NCBI GenBank assembly: GCA_039815185.1
Contig: JBCBZT010000026.1
Span: forward strand, 1-64,000
DNA length: 64,000 nucleotides
Direction of reading: 5' to 3'
From: Cyanobacteria bacterium P01_A01_bin.123
GTDB lineage: Bacteria > Cyanobacteriota > Cyanobacteriia > Phormidesmidales > Phormidesmidaceae
Made by a program: the position numbers and the translations under genes
In this document: positions 9,261-20,338 of the stretch, one piece after another
Numbering within the stretch: position 1 is the stretch's first letter
Layout of the letters: every line of letters begins with the position of its first letter
Notes under the pieces: generated by a model
Told to the model about the DNA's origin: nothing
Seen by the model: only the letters and a program-made list of their open reading frames with translations
The model's database searches: none

Positions 9261-12200
9261 GGATGACCGCCGCACTCAGCTCAATAATCGCATCAAAATC
9301 AAACCGATCAATCAAGGCCATCAACGCCATGATCATCACACCCTGTTCCGTTGGCACCTGTTCTACTAAGTGCCGTAACCATTCCCCATCAGCCTGAATT
9401 GCTGCCTGGTAGAGTTGCCCCATCCAAACGTCGTCCATGACGCTTAGATCTAAAGTTTGCAGTAATGGGGTTTGCTGCGGGCGTGAAGGGCGCAATTCCC
9501 CTGTCTCTACTTCACTCCCATAGAGGTAGGTCACGCCTAAATGCTTCGCTAATTGGTCAAAAATCTCTGCCGCCTGAAATGGCTTCCGCACAAAATCATC
9601 ACACCCCGCCGCCAACACCGCCTCCCGCTGATCTTCAAAAGCACTCGCCGTCAGCGCAATAATCTTCGTCCGCTCTATCTCCCCATCTTCCCCTGCCTGC
9701 TCTGCCGCCCGTCCTTCAGCTGCCCGAATCCACCGCGTGGCCTCATACCCATCCACAACGGGCATTCGCATATCCATCCAAATCAGATGAGGCCGCCAGT
9801 TTTGCCATTGGCAAATGGCATCTGTGCCATCAGCAGCCTCCCGTGTGATAAACCCCACCCGATCGAGGAGCTGGATTAAGGGTGCCCGATTTTCGGAGCG
9901 ATCATCGACCACCAAAATTCTAAATTCAGGTTGATTAGGCACCAACCGCTGAACCAGAACCGTTGACGCATGAGAGAGAAATTCGACATTCCCTTGCCCC
10001 AAGTCGATCTGCACCCGAAAGGTAGACCCCCGATCAACCTGGGTCTCAACCTCAATGCTGCCTCCCATCAACTGCACAAACGCTTGGGTAATCGCCAACC
10101 CCAACCCCGTGCCCCCCTCCCTAGGCCCATGGCGGACATCTTGGGCAAACGGCTGAAATAAAACTTGCCTCACACTATCTGGAATACCCGAGCCAGTATC
10201 TTCCACTTCAAATTGGAGCGTCAGATTTTGCGAGCGATGCTCAGACGTTGACCCACTGGGCATCACTCGCAAAATCACATGCCCCTGCTGGGTAAATTTA
10301 ATGGCATTGCCCAACAGATTGATCAACACCTGACGCAATTTCCCTTTGTCCCCTACGACATACTGGGGCACACTGGGGCTCCGTTCAAAGATTAGCTTCA
10401 GAGATTTCTCTGCTGCCCGCATCTGAAACATGGCCTGCACGCCCTGAAGCAAACTATGGAGATCGAAATGACTCGGGTTCAAGGAGAGGCATCCCGATTC
10501 AATTTTGGACATTTCGAGCACATCATTAATCAACTCAAGCAGATGTTCCCCGCTGTTATTGATCACATTCAAAGTATTTCGATGTTGGGAGGTAAGGCTG
10601 GAGTCACGCACCATGAGCTGGCTAAACCCCAAAATGGCATTCATTGGCGTGCGCAATTCGTGGCTCATCGTGGCCAAAAATTGACTCTTGGCCAGATTGG
10701 CGGCTTCGGCAGCTTCTTTGGCACGATAGAGGGCGTCTTCAGCCTGCTTGCGATCGCTGATGTCTACAATCACCCCATCCAGCCAGAGCAGCTTTCCGGC
10801 ATCGTCAAAAACGCCTTGACCCTTCTCATACAGCCAACGCAGGCTGCCGTTGGCATGGTGAATAGAATATTCCAAAATATAAGGACGCTTCTCATCCAGG
10901 GCTTGCTGGATAACGATATTTGAAGCTTCGACCTGAGGCTTTTCACACAGATCGGTGAGACTCCGAACTCGATTGTCAATGAAGTCTGAGGCTGGGTAAC
11001 CCGTGAGGTTAACAATGGCCTCACTCAAAAAAGTCATCGTCCAGGATGGGTCAAAGCGGCCGCGATAAACGGCACCTGGCACGTTTTCGATCAGGGTTCT
11101 AAACTGCACTTCACTGCGACGTAAGGCAGTATCGGCCCGTAACCGCTCTAGCTCAGCACCAGCCCTGGCAGCGAAAATCTTGAGGACCATCTCTCGACTT
11201 GGGTCAAGGGCCATGGGACGATCGTCGATCACGGCGAGGTGTCCAAAGATCCGACCTGAGGAGTGCATTAAGGGAGCTGCCAGGTAGCTTTCGGCAGCCA
11301 TGTTCTGGAATCTCACCGCATGGGGAAACCGGATTTTGAGTTGATCGGGATAGTATGCGAGTTGGCCCGGTCTGATGCCTTCACAGGGGGTATTTTTGCG
11401 GTTATATACAAACGAATCAAGTACAGCGCGACCATCCCAAAACGCCAAAGTCCTGACTTGGGTGCCGTCTCCAACAAACTCAGTGATGAAGGCATAGCGT
11501 ACCCTCAAGACCTCTGCCAGGTAGCGGACGCAGGTGATGAAAAACTCGTTGCCAGTGAGGGCAGCCGTGCCTTCTACGATTAATTGCAGCGCGTCTTGCT
11601 GGCGCTTGCTTTCAGTGAAGTCTTCGCCAATACCCAGCAGGTGAGTCGGGATGCCCTGACTGTCATACAGGGGGAGCTTCACGCTGCGCAGGTAAACGCG
11701 CTCCCCGGTTTGCGGCTGGGTGACTTCTTCGGCGGTGTGTAGGGATTTGCCTGCTGCGATCGCGGCGATGTCTTGCTGGTGATAATGCTCAGCCAAATCG
11801 GGGGGCAGCAGTTCTCTATCATTTTTACCCAAGCCCTCCTTTTTAGAAAACCCCAGGATGTTTTCACTGCTTTGGTTGATCAGCTCGTAGCGTAGATCAT
11901 TCTGAATATTTTTAGTGAAGACCGCCAACGGGATATTTTCGACAATGTTGGTCAAAAACTGTTGGGACTGGCGTAACGCGGCTTCCGTGCGGCGACGATC
12001 GGTGACATCGCGGAGTACCAGCACAGCGCAGCAACCGCCATCTTCTGACAGAATCCGGTTCCCCGTGATAGTCAGGATTCTTGAATGACATTCATAGTCT
12101 TGAGGCTCGTAACCATTTTGAAGCAGCTGCCAGGATGGATAATTGGCGACTGGCAAAGGCTGGCCCTGGATCTGGAGCAGCAAAATCTGCGGCAGCGGTT

Positions 12201-12441
12201 GGCCAATCACCGCTGTCTGAGGGAGATTAACCAACCGCCCAAAGGTAGCGTTACACCACTGCACTCGGTTGTCGGCCCCGACCCAAACAATGGCATCACC
12301 GATGGCTCCTAGGGTTGCCTCCATTTTGCCCAGCGTTGCTTGTAGCGAGTCCGGTATTTTGATTTCGACAGTCTTCTCCTGACTTACTGCCCTATCGTCT
12401 TCCACATCTGCCCCTTTGATTTCGACACCGAAGGCACACAC
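9253..12441 (-). CDS. Hybrid sensor histidine kinase, PAS-PAS-GAF-PAS-HisKA-HATPase-REC (start uncertain)
   Basis: Multiple PAS/PAC motifs, GAF (ESYLAAPL...GHLAVID), [26 protein letters not shown] and REC (LIWMDMRMP). Confidence 0.92.
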   Translation of the reverse strand: MCAFGVEIKGADVEDDRAVSQEKTVEIKIPDSLQATLGKMEATLGAIGDAIVWVGADNRVQWCNATFGRLVNLPQTAVIGQPLPQILLLQIQGQPLPVANYPSWQLLQNGYEPQDYECHSRILTITGNRILSEDGGCCAVLVLRDVTDRRRTEAALRQSQQFLTNIVENIPLAVFTKNIQNDLRYELINQSSENILGFSKKEGLGKNDRELLPPDLAEHYHQQDIAAIAAGKSLHTAEEVTQPQTGERVYLRSVKLPLYDSQGIPTHLLGIGEDFTESKRQQDALQLIVEGTAALTGNEFFITCVRYLAEVLRVRYAFITEFVGDGTQVRTLAFWDGRAVLDSFVYNRKNTPCEGIRPGQLAYYPDQLKIRFPHAVRFQNMAAESYLAAPLMHSSGRIFGHLAVIDDRPMALDPSREMVLKIFAARAGAELERLRADTALRRSEVQFRTLIENVPGAVYRGRFDPSWTMTFLSEAIVNLTGYPASDFIDNRVRSLTDLCEKPQVEASNIVIQQALDEKRPYILEYSIHHANGSLRWLYEKGQGVFDDAGKLLWLDGVIVDISDRKQAEDALYRAKEAAEAANLAKSQFLATMSHELRTPMNAILGFSQLMVRDSSLTSQHRNTLNVINNSGEHLLELINDVLEMSKIESGCLSLNPSHFDLHSLLQGVQAMFQMRAAEKSLKLIFERSPSVPQYVVGDKGKLRQVLINLLGNAIKFTQQGHVILRVMPSGSTSEHRSQNLTLQFEVEDTGSGIPDSVRQVLFQPFAQDVRHGPREGGTGLGLAITQAFVQLMGGSIEVETQVDRGSTFRVQIDLGQGNVEFLSHASTVLVQRLVPNQPEFRILVVDDRSENRAPLIQLLDRVGFITREAADGTDAICQWQNWRPHLIWMDMRMPVVDGYEATRWIRAAEGRAAEQAGEDGEIERTKIIALTASAFEDQREAVLAAGCDDFVRKPFQAAEIFDQLAKHLGVTYLYGSEVETGELRPSRPQQTPLLQTLDLSVMDDVWMGQLYQAAIQADGEWLRHLVEQVPTEQGVMIMALMALIDRFDFDAIIELSAAVIHD

Positions 12442-12646
12442 TTATAGCGTAATAGTTAACTAGGGACCGGGGGTCTCTAAGCCCGATCGTTAGCAGTTCA
12501 GCCAAGGGTAAACGTATTAAGAACCTCGGTTAAGAAGGGTACCGCCCAATCGGGAAGATCTAGGGAATATTGACGGCAGCAGTCTATACCAACTCCACTA
12601 GAATTGAAAACACCTACCTGCAAGGCTTGGCATGGGGAATACTGCT

Positions 12647-13252
12647 ATGACCACAACGTTAGTCACCCAAAGTGAAGCAACGCCTTTGACAGTCTCCTTA
12701 CCGGCGATCGCACCGATGACCCGTGAACAATTCTATGAATTCTGCCAAGCCAATCGAGACCTGCGGATCGAACGGACGGCCACTGGAGAAATTGTGATTA
12801 TGCCACCCGCCTTTTCAGACACGGGAAACCGCAACTTTAATCTTGCGGTACAACTCGGTATCTGGGCTGAGCAGGATGGTACAGGGCTAGGTTTTGACTC
12901 AAGTTCAGGCTTTACGCTGCCCAATGGGGCAACCCGATCACCTGATGCCACTTGGATTAAAGCAGAAAAGTGGAATGCATTGACTGAGGCGGAAAAAGCA
13001 TCCTTTGCGCCCATTTGTCCTGATTTTGTCATTGCGCTCCGCTCTGCCAGTGACACGTTAACTGGGCTTAAAGCCAAGATGCAGGAATACATCGACAATG
13101 GCACATCCCTGGGTTGGTTAATTGATCGCAACAACCGAACGGTCTATATCTATCGCCCTAATAAGGATTCTCAAGTCCTTGAGGATCCTGATCAAGTCAG
13201 CGGTGATCCCGAGTTATCTGGATTCAGCTTATCGATGGCTAAAATTTGGTGA
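12647..13252 (+). CDS. Uma2 (DUF820) family putative endonuclease
   Basis: RIERTATGEIVIMPP, GFTLPNGATRSPDATWI, CPDFVIALRS and KMQEYIDNG..LGWLID. Confidence 0.9.
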   Translation: MTTTLVTQSEATPLTVSLPAIAPMTREQFYEFCQANRDLRIERTATGEIVIMPPAFSDTGNRNFNLAVQLGIWAEQDGTGLGFDSSSGFTLPNGATRSPDATWIKAEKWNALTEAEKASFAPICPDFVIALRSASDTLTGLKAKMQEYIDNGTSLGWLIDRNNRTVYIYRPNKDSQVLEDPDQVSGDPELSGFSLSMAKIW

Positions 13253-13313
13253 GTTGTGCCGAAATCTAGATCTTTATTTAGTCCTGATAGTGATGGTGAG
13301 ACGGAATGATGCG

Positions 13314-16208
13314 CTAAAAGTCCCCAGCTAAAGCCTCAACACAGCGTTCGCAAATGGTGGGGTCTTCAGTCGATTCGCCGACGTGGGTGGAGTAGTTCCA
13401 GCAGCGATCGCATTTTTCCCCATCTGCATCCACAATGCCGATGCCCAGCACATCTGTTTCAACGCAGTGTTTTAGCCCCTTCAGCGCATCTGGAGAATCC
13501 AAAAGCTCCACCTGAGACACCAAAAACAGATAGCGCAGCTCATCTACATGAAGGTCGTTCTCCCCAATGCTGTCTGCTGGGTTCATGGCGGTGAGGGTTT
13601 GCCGCAAGTCGGCATCGGCGCAGTAGAGCAACACCTTAGCTTCTAGGGAAGCACCCACATCCTTAGCCGCACGGGCCTGTTCAAGTACTTTGTTGACTTC
13701 CTGACGCACCATCCGCAGTTGCTGCCATTTCGTCGCCAGTTCTGGGGCGTTCCACTCATCCGATAGGTTAAACCACCCCGATTGAAACACAGATAGAGCG
13801 GAGGTTTCATAGGGTAGATTTTGCCAGATGTCTTCGGCCATGTGACAAAGTACAGGCGCGATCGCTTTGGCGAGATTTTCTAACGCGATCGCCATCACGG
13901 TTTGGCAACTGCGTCGTCGTTTTGAGTCAGCTGCACTGATGTACAGCCGATCTTTAGCCGCATCTAAATAGAAATTAGACAAATCCACCACGCAGAAATT
14001 CTGCACCGTTTGAAAGAAGCGGAAAAATTGATAGCTGTCAAAGGCGCTTTCAACCTCCTGAGCCATTTCGGTGATCACGGTAAGCATGTAGCGATCGAGT
14101 TCCCCCAGTTCTGCATAGGGTACCGCCTGGGTTGCCGGATCAAAATCATAGAGATTCCCCAGCAAGAACCGCGCCGTGTTGCGGATCTTGCGATACACAT
14201 CGGCCATCTGTTTCAAGATGGCTTTGCCGATGGAAATATCAGAAGTGTAGTCCACTGCCGACACCCACAAGCGAAGGACATCAGCACCATAGGGTGGGTC
14301 TTGCTTTTGGTTTTTGCCCCCTTCGATAACGACGCGGGGATCAACCACATTACCCAACGATTTACTCATCTTGCGCCCGTTTTCATCCAGGGCGTAGCCG
14401 TGGGTCAACACGGTTTTATAAGGCGCATAGCCATTGCAGGCAACACTGGTGAGCAAACTCGATTGAAACCAGCCCCGGTGCTGGTCAGAGCCTTCCAAAT
14501 AGAGCTCCACCGGATAGTGCAGCTCATCTCGCTGTTTGGCCACTGCCGCCCAAGAGGAACCCGAGTCGAACCACACATCCATGGTGTCCATGCCTTTGCG
14601 ATAGGTGCGTCCGTTGTTGCGGTATTGAGCGGGCAGCAGCTCTTCGACAGGCAGTTCCCACCAAGCATCGGATCCTTGCTCAGCAAACACAGCTTGGACA
14701 TGCTTTAGCGTGTCTTCGTTGAGTAATACCTCTCCAGTCTCTTCATCAAAAAACGTCGGAATTGGCACACCCCAACTACGCTGGCGCGAGATACACCAGT
14801 CAGAGCGTTCCGACACCATCGAGGTGATGCGATTGATCCCTTGGGTGGGCACCCACTGCACGGATTGAATCGCCGCCATGGCCTCTTCTCGGAAGCCATC
14901 TACAGAGGCAAACCACTGTTCCGTAGCGCGATAGATAGTGGGTTTTTTGGTGCGCCAATCATAAGGATATTTATGGACGTAGGGTTCTTGCTTGAGTAGC
15001 GATCCAGCCTCTTCCAAAGCTTTAATCACCGCTGGGTTGGCGTCTTTGAGTACGTTGAGCCCCGCGAATGGCCCCGCTTCTGCAGTGTAATCACCGCGAG
15101 CATCTACGGGGGCCAGGATGGGCAAGCCGTTGCGTTGACCCACCTTAAAGTCTTCTTCCCCATGACCAGGGGCAGTGTGAACCAGGCCAGTTCCTGATTC
15201 GGTCGTGACATAGTCGCCACCGATCAAAATCGGACTTTGACGATCAAATAACGGATGGCGATAGTGAGATCCGGCTAAATCTTTGCCCTTCAGTTCCGCT
15301 TTGAGGGACAATTCGGTGTCAAGCACTTGGGCCATGCGATCCTTCAGGTCTTTCGCAATGATCAAATGGCGGAAGGGTTGCCCCGCAGCCACTTCCACAA
15401 CGGCGTAGTCCAGCTCTGGATTAACCGCTACCGCTAAGTTTGCAGGAATCGTCCAGGGGGTGGTTGTCCAGATGGCAACGCCCAATTCTGATAAATAGGG
15501 TACTAGGGCAGCTTGGGCTGCTGTAGAAGCCTCAATGACCGGGAAGGCGGCATAGAGACTGGGAGAGGTATGACCTTCGGGATATTCGAGTTCGGCTTCG
15601 GCCAGGGCAGTCTGAGAGGAGGGGCTCCAATGGACAGGCTTGAGCCCCCGATAGATGTAGCCCTTGAGAAACATCCGCCCAAACACCTCAATTTGAGCCG
15701 CTTCGTAACTCGGGTTGAGAGTGGCGTAGGGATGTTCCCAGTCGCCCCAAACGCCATAGCGTTGGAAGCCTGTAGACTGTTCTTCGATGGTTTTGAGGGC
15801 GAAGGCGCGGGCTTTTTTGCGGAGCTTAATCGGCGTGAGCTTTTGGCGGGCTTCGCGGTCTAGATTTTGCAGTACCTTGAGCTCAATGGGTAGGCCATGG
15901 CAGTCCCAACCAGGAATGTAGCGCACCTTGCGGCCCCGCATCGTCTGATACTTATTAATGGTGTCTTTGAGAACTTTGTTGAGAGCATGGCCCATATGCA
16001 AACTGCCGTTGGCGTAGGGGGGGCCATCGTGCAGCACAAAAGGTTCCCCAGGATTGGACTCGGCCAGAGTGTCGTAAATCTTGTTGTCTTGCCAAAACTG
16101 CTGAATTTCCGGTTCCCGCTTGGTGGCGTTGGCCCGCATCTCAAAGGAAGTTTTGGGCAAAAGGACTGTCTCTTTGTAGCTTTTTTGGGCTTTTGGGGTG
16201 TCTGTCAC
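13314..16208 (-). CDS. ileS: Isoleucine--tRNA ligase
   Basis: HDGPPYANG, HMGH (HIGH motif), WTTTPWT, EGSDQHRGWF, KMSKS and a C-terminal CDRCW...CERC zinc motif. Confidence 0.98.
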   Translation of the reverse strand: MTDTPKAQKSYKETVLLPKTSFEMRANATKREPEIQQFWQDNKIYDTLAESNPGEPFVLHDGPPYANGSLHMGHALNKVLKDTINKYQTMRGRKVRYIPGWDCHGLPIELKVLQNLDREARQKLTPIKLRKKARAFALKTIEEQSTGFQRYGVWGDWEHPYATLNPSYEAAQIEVFGRMFLKGYIYRGLKPVHWSPSSQTALAEAELEYPEGHTSPSLYAAFPVIEASTAAQAALVPYLSELGVAIWTTTPWTIPANLAVAVNPELDYAVVEVAAGQPFRHLIIAKDLKDRMAQVLDTELSLKAELKGKDLAGSHYRHPLFDRQSPILIGGDYVTTESGTGLVHTAPGHGEEDFKVGQRNGLPILAPVDARGDYTAEAGPFAGLNVLKDANPAVIKALEEAGSLLKQEPYVHKYPYDWRTKKPTIYRATEQWFASVDGFREEAMAAIQSVQWVPTQGINRITSMVSERSDWCISRQRSWGVPIPTFFDEETGEVLLNEDTLKHVQAVFAEQGSDAWWELPVEELLPAQYRNNGRTYRKGMDTMDVWFDSGSSWAAVAKQRDELHYPVELYLEGSDQHRGWFQSSLLTSVACNGYAPYKTVLTHGYALDENGRKMSKSLGNVVDPRVVIEGGKNQKQDPPYGADVLRLWVSAVDYTSDISIGKAILKQMADVYRKIRNTARFLLGNLYDFDPATQAVPYAELGELDRYMLTVITEMAQEVESAFDSYQFFRFFQTVQNFCVVDLSNFYLDAAKDRLYISAADSKRRRSCQTVMAIALENLAKAIAPVLCHMAEDIWQNLPYETSALSVFQSGWFNLSDEWNAPELATKWQQLRMVRQEVNKVLEQARAAKDVGASLEAKVLLYCADADLRQTLTAMNPADSIGENDLHVDELRYLFLVSQVELLDSPDALKGLKHCVETDVLGIGIVDADGEKCDRCWNYSTHVGESTEDPTICERCVEALAGDF

Positions 16209-17187
16209 AGCTTGAAGGCCAGTAGTTCTCGTTGATCACGCTTCCCGCCATTATCAGCCAGAAGTCTCAAGGCTTCAAGCCTAATATGGAATTGCGCCAT
16301 AGCTCCGCGATCGCGATCGTGACCTGACTCAAAAACGACTCACAGGTTATCCAGGCCTGGATATCAACGGGCCAAGCAAATCATTGCCACACCACGCATC
16401 TAAGAGCAACCTCAAAGAATGGCCTTGGATCGCTCTGAAACAGTTTGATCGGCTTCATGACAGAGAACGAAAACTTTAGAAGATGAAAACATCCTAAAGA
16501 AAACGCCAATTCTTTAGGAGTCAGTGTGCAGTTACTAGCAACCAATAAGTCAGGTCAAAAGCAGTTCTGCATTATTAAGTTTTAATTAAAATTATTTCAT
16601 CCTTAAACGAGCTTGGCATTCAGCATTGCTGTTTCCGTGAAGTTTTTCGGCTTGTCGGACAATATTTCTTTATGACTGAATACTTTTTTGAGCCACTTAG
16701 CATTGGGCTCCGCGTCAGCATTAATCTTGTTTTTATTGCTCACCAATCGAATGTTCTGATTAAACATTTGTGGTGTGTCGTTTCGGTGATTTAGCCTAAT
16801 CCAGACAGGATAGTGCTTTAGGGCTCAGGATACCCTAATCTGTAGTGTGTACTGATCCCCGATAGGTTCATCGCCTCCGTGAGTTGACGCCCCCATAAAT
16901 TCACTGGCAGTGAGCACTAGCATTTTCTTTAAATATGATGTATTTTTCCGTAACATTTGGGGCATTCAATTATTTTCTCCGAAAATAAATTAATAGTTAT
17001 AATTATTTAGCTTATGGGGATTAACCAGCCTCTAAAATTAGAGATCAGGTTGGGGATCAAGTTAATTCAGTTCATTGGGTGAAAGCGATCGCATTTTGTG
17101 AAGGCCCAAATGAACATGGATCAGGGCAGCGCCTTTCGCGAGTTAATTGGTCAAACCAATTGACCGCTTTTGACTTGAATTACAGTT

Positions 17188-18444
17188 ATGACATTCGACA
17201 TGGAAAATTTGGGCGGGGATGACACTGCTATTCAAAGCTTGCGTACTGAAGCAAAAGCGTCGACCACTGCCGAAGGCGTTTTGTCAACGACTGGTTCATC
17301 GATCACCACTAATAGGCAGCCCGATCTAGGTACGGTTCTCGCAATTCATCTAGATGGCCCTCAGGCAGACTCCCTCGGGCGTCCACTCTTGGCAAGGCTA
17401 AGCCAAAAGGGATATTCAGTCCATTGGTCAACGTTGCAAATTTGCCAACTCGGCTCGGCGTCTGATTTGCTTGGGTCAGATCAGCTTGTGCCAGATCTCA
17501 TTGTGATTGAAACCCAACAGGTAGATAGCCTGCTGCGACCTGAATGTCAACGGGTGCTGGTAGCCTTAAATATTGACGTTATCCCGACGGTCGTTTTGAC
17601 CCATGCCCCACCGTTGCCCCTGACCGTCGCCGCCCTCCAAAACCTTGGCATTATCCATACCTGGAGCGGGCCAATTGCAGAGGATCTAACGGTTCTCAAG
17701 CAGCTCGAAGTCTACGTGAAGTTAGGCCAACGGGCACAGTCACTGGTACATCAAAAGCAGGTGCTGATGACGTCACTGCAGCAACGCGATCGCGCTTTGA
17801 AGAACCACTACATGATCGAAATGATCATGAGCCAGAAACAGCAACGACTAGAACACCTTGCCTACATTGATGGGTTAACCCAAATTCCTAACCGTCGCTA
17901 TCTCGATGCCACCTTAACCCAAGAATGGCAGCGATCGCAGCGAGAAGGCACTCCTTTGGCTGTCATTATTTGCGACGTGGACCATTTCAAGCGCTACAAC
18001 GATACCTATGGTCATCCCACAGGAGATCACTGTCTGCAGAAAATCGCGACCGCTGTGGCCGAAACCATTAAACGCCCCGGAGACTTTGTGGGACGTTACG
18101 GCGGCGAAGAGTTTGCCGTGGTGCTCCCTAACACCGACCTAGAGGGGGCACAGCGCGTCGGGGCTAGCATCCAGGCTAATATCAAGGTGCTGCATTTAGC
18201 CCATCGCACTTCTGAGGTCAAACCCTACATCACCCTAAGTTTAGGGATTGCGAGTATCATTCCCAAGCGGCATTTATCCATGGAACGCTTAACGACTTTG
18301 GCTGATAAAGCTCTTTACAGGGCAAAGCTGCTGGGTCGAAATCAGATTGCAGTTTATTCTGCTACAGATTTAGACCATAACCCAGATGCTTCGACTGCCA
18401 GTATTCCTGCTGCTGAAGGTAGCCTCAAATCAGTTTCGGCCTAA
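17188..18444 (+). CDS. Diguanylate cyclase with degenerate N-terminal receiver-like domain
   Basis: DGLTQIPNRR, DVDHFKRYND, I-site RPGD and GGEEF. The N-terminal PDLIVIE has Glu where a REC domain has the phospho-Asp. Confidence 0.9.
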   Translation: MTFDMENLGGDDTAIQSLRTEAKASTTAEGVLSTTGSSITTNRQPDLGTVLAIHLDGPQADSLGRPLLARLSQKGYSVHWSTLQICQLGSASDLLGSDQLVPDLIVIETQQVDSLLRPECQRVLVALNIDVIPTVVLTHAPPLPLTVAALQNLGIIHTWSGPIAEDLTVLKQLEVYVKLGQRAQSLVHQKQVLMTSLQQRDRALKNHYMIEMIMSQKQQRLEHLAYIDGLTQIPNRRYLDATLTQEWQRSQREGTPLAVIICDVDHFKRYNDTYGHPTGDHCLQKIATAVAETIKRPGDFVGRYGGEEFAVVLPNTDLEGAQRVGASIQANIKVLHLAHRTSEVKPYITLSLGIASIIPKRHLSMERLTTLADKALYRAKLLGRNQIAVYSATDLDHNPDASTASIPAAEGSLKSVSA

Positions 18445-18454
18445 AAATCGTTGA

Positions 18455-18557
18455 TATATCGCTGGCCAGCTTGCTGAATGCACCGAGCATCGCTGCGATG
18501 CTGAGTCTACAGGCAATCTGGCTCGCAGTCTTGTCCTAACCGGACTGGCGACTGCTA
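18455..18557. mobile_element. Divergent copy of the ~105-bp dispersed MITE-like repeat
   Basis: tatatcgctggccagcttgc...gcaatctggctcgc matches the copies at 31482 and 42623; the second hairpin differs. Confidence 0.65.
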
Positions 18558-18806
18558 AACCGTTTCCGCTTCCAGAATTGGCGGTTTGCTGATGAGAAAA
18601 CGCCATATCCCAAGCTGGGCGCAGTTTAAGTCCCGTTTGAAAATCCTCTTGAAGACTGTACCCGCTCGTAAAATATTCTGCTTCGTGGATTTTGACTTCT
18701 AGATTCTGAATCCTGAATTCTGCCCTCTTTCATCTTCTCCGAAAGAACCAGAGCCCACTAAACTACTATAGGCATCAGAGAACACCATGGGGACAGACGA
18801 GTAGCA

Positions 18807-20201
18807 TTGACGAATCCGGAGAATTCATCAGCAACTCAAATGTTGAACCGCAAGGAATTGCGGGAACTGGTGCGATCGCAGCTGCAAGGGCTTTTAGAAC
18901 AGGATAATTTTCAGGGCGCAAAGGCTCTGTTAGTGCCCGTTAAACCTGTGGACATTGCTGAGGCAATTGAAGGGTTGCCTGAAACCATGCAGGCGATCGC
19001 GTTTCGGCTGCTCTCTAAAAGTGAAGCCATCGAGGTTTACGAAAATCTAGACTCCAGCGTGCAGCAAATCTTGGTAGAAGACTTCAAACGCCAAGATGTG
19101 CTCGACATTGTAGATAAAATGTCCCCCGATGACCGGGCACGGTTATTTGACGAACTCCCCGCCAAAGTCGTGCGCCAACTGCTCCAGCAAATGAGCCCCC
19201 AAGAGCGGCAAGCCACGGCTTTATTGCTGGGCTACGAAGCCGGTACAGCAGGGCGCATCATGACGCCGGAATATATCGCGCTAAAAGAAGGGTGGACGGT
19301 TTCTCGATCCCTCGAATACATTCGCAACCGAGCCCACCTGAGTGAAACCATCTACTATCTCAACGTGACCGACGCGGCCCGACGCCTCACCGGTATCTTA
19401 TCCCTGCGCGATCTGGTCGTGGGCCACCCTGATCAAACCATTGGCGAATTTATGACCCGTGAAGTGGTCTCGGTGCAAACTGACACTGACCAAGAAGAAG
19501 TAGCCCGTTTGATTCAGCGCTACGACTTTTTGGCAGTCCCCGTGGTCGATGCGGAACAGAGACTGGTCGGCATTATCACCGTCGATGACGTGCTCGACAT
19601 TTTAGAAGAAGAAGCAACCGAAGATATCTATGCCTTAGGGGGGGTGCAATCTGGCGGTGACAACTATTTTCAAACTAACTTATTGACCGTGGCCCGTAAG
19701 CGGGTGGTCTGGCTATCGGTGCTGTTGGTCACCAACACCGTTACCACTGCTGTTATTCGCAGTCAGCAAGATGTGTTGGAGCAGGTGGTCGTGCTGGCAG
19801 CGTTCATTCCCCTGCTAATTGGTACTGGGGGCAATGTCGGAGCCCAGTCATCTACGGTGGTCATTCGCGGTCTCAATACCGATGAAGTTAAAACCGACGA
19901 TGCCCTCCGAGTGATTCGGCGAGAAGCGATCGCCGGGGCATTTCTTGGCCTTATGCTCGGCGTTGTGGTGACCGGATGGGCCTACGTACTCCAAGGAAAT
20001 TTGGCCGTAGCCGTCACCGTGGGCATCAGCCTAGTCGCCATTTCCATATTGGCTTCGGGAGCAGGATCCGCCTTACCGTTTTTATTTCAGACCATAGGCT
20101 TTGACCCCGCCCTAATGTCAGCCCCATTTATCACCACTGTGGTGGATGTATTAGGAGTATTGATCTATCTCAATTTGGCCCGTCGGATTTTGCAACTTTG
20201 A
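18807..20201 (+). CDS. mgtE: Magnesium transporter MgtE
   Basis: MgtE N domain, CBS pair (AGRIMTPEY; YDFLAVPVVD), FIPLLIGTGGNVGAQ and DPALMSAPFITTVVD. Confidence 0.96.
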   Translation: MTNPENSSATQMLNRKELRELVRSQLQGLLEQDNFQGAKALLVPVKPVDIAEAIEGLPETMQAIAFRLLSKSEAIEVYENLDSSVQQILVEDFKRQDVLDIVDKMSPDDRARLFDELPAKVVRQLLQQMSPQERQATALLLGYEAGTAGRIMTPEYIALKEGWTVSRSLEYIRNRAHLSETIYYLNVTDAARRLTGILSLRDLVVGHPDQTIGEFMTREVVSVQTDTDQEEVARLIQRYDFLAVPVVDAEQRLVGIITVDDVLDILEEEATEDIYALGGVQSGGDNYFQTNLLTVARKRVVWLSVLLVTNTVTTAVIRSQQDVLEQVVVLAAFIPLLIGTGGNVGAQSSTVVIRGLNTDEVKTDDALRVIRREAIAGAFLGLMLGVVVTGWAYVLQGNLAVAVTVGISLVAISILASGAGSALPFLFQTIGFDPALMSAPFITTVVDVLGVLIYLNLARRILQL

Positions 20202-20338
20202 AGACAAGGGAGGAGCGTCGAGCCAGAGAGAAGCGTTTTGGGGCAAGCCTCATCTTTTCTTCGTCAATGGCATCGCCCATGATAGCCAGGCTCACGTTTT
20301 GGGTTCGTTAGGAAAGTGCATTTACGAGAACCCTAAAA

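Noticed and set aside
16209..17187. Riboswitch, T-box or ncRNA in the ~1-kb region between ileS and the cyclase
   Set aside because: I could not recognise a T-box, c-di-GMP riboswitch or other structured RNA motif by eye; an Rfam scan would be needed.
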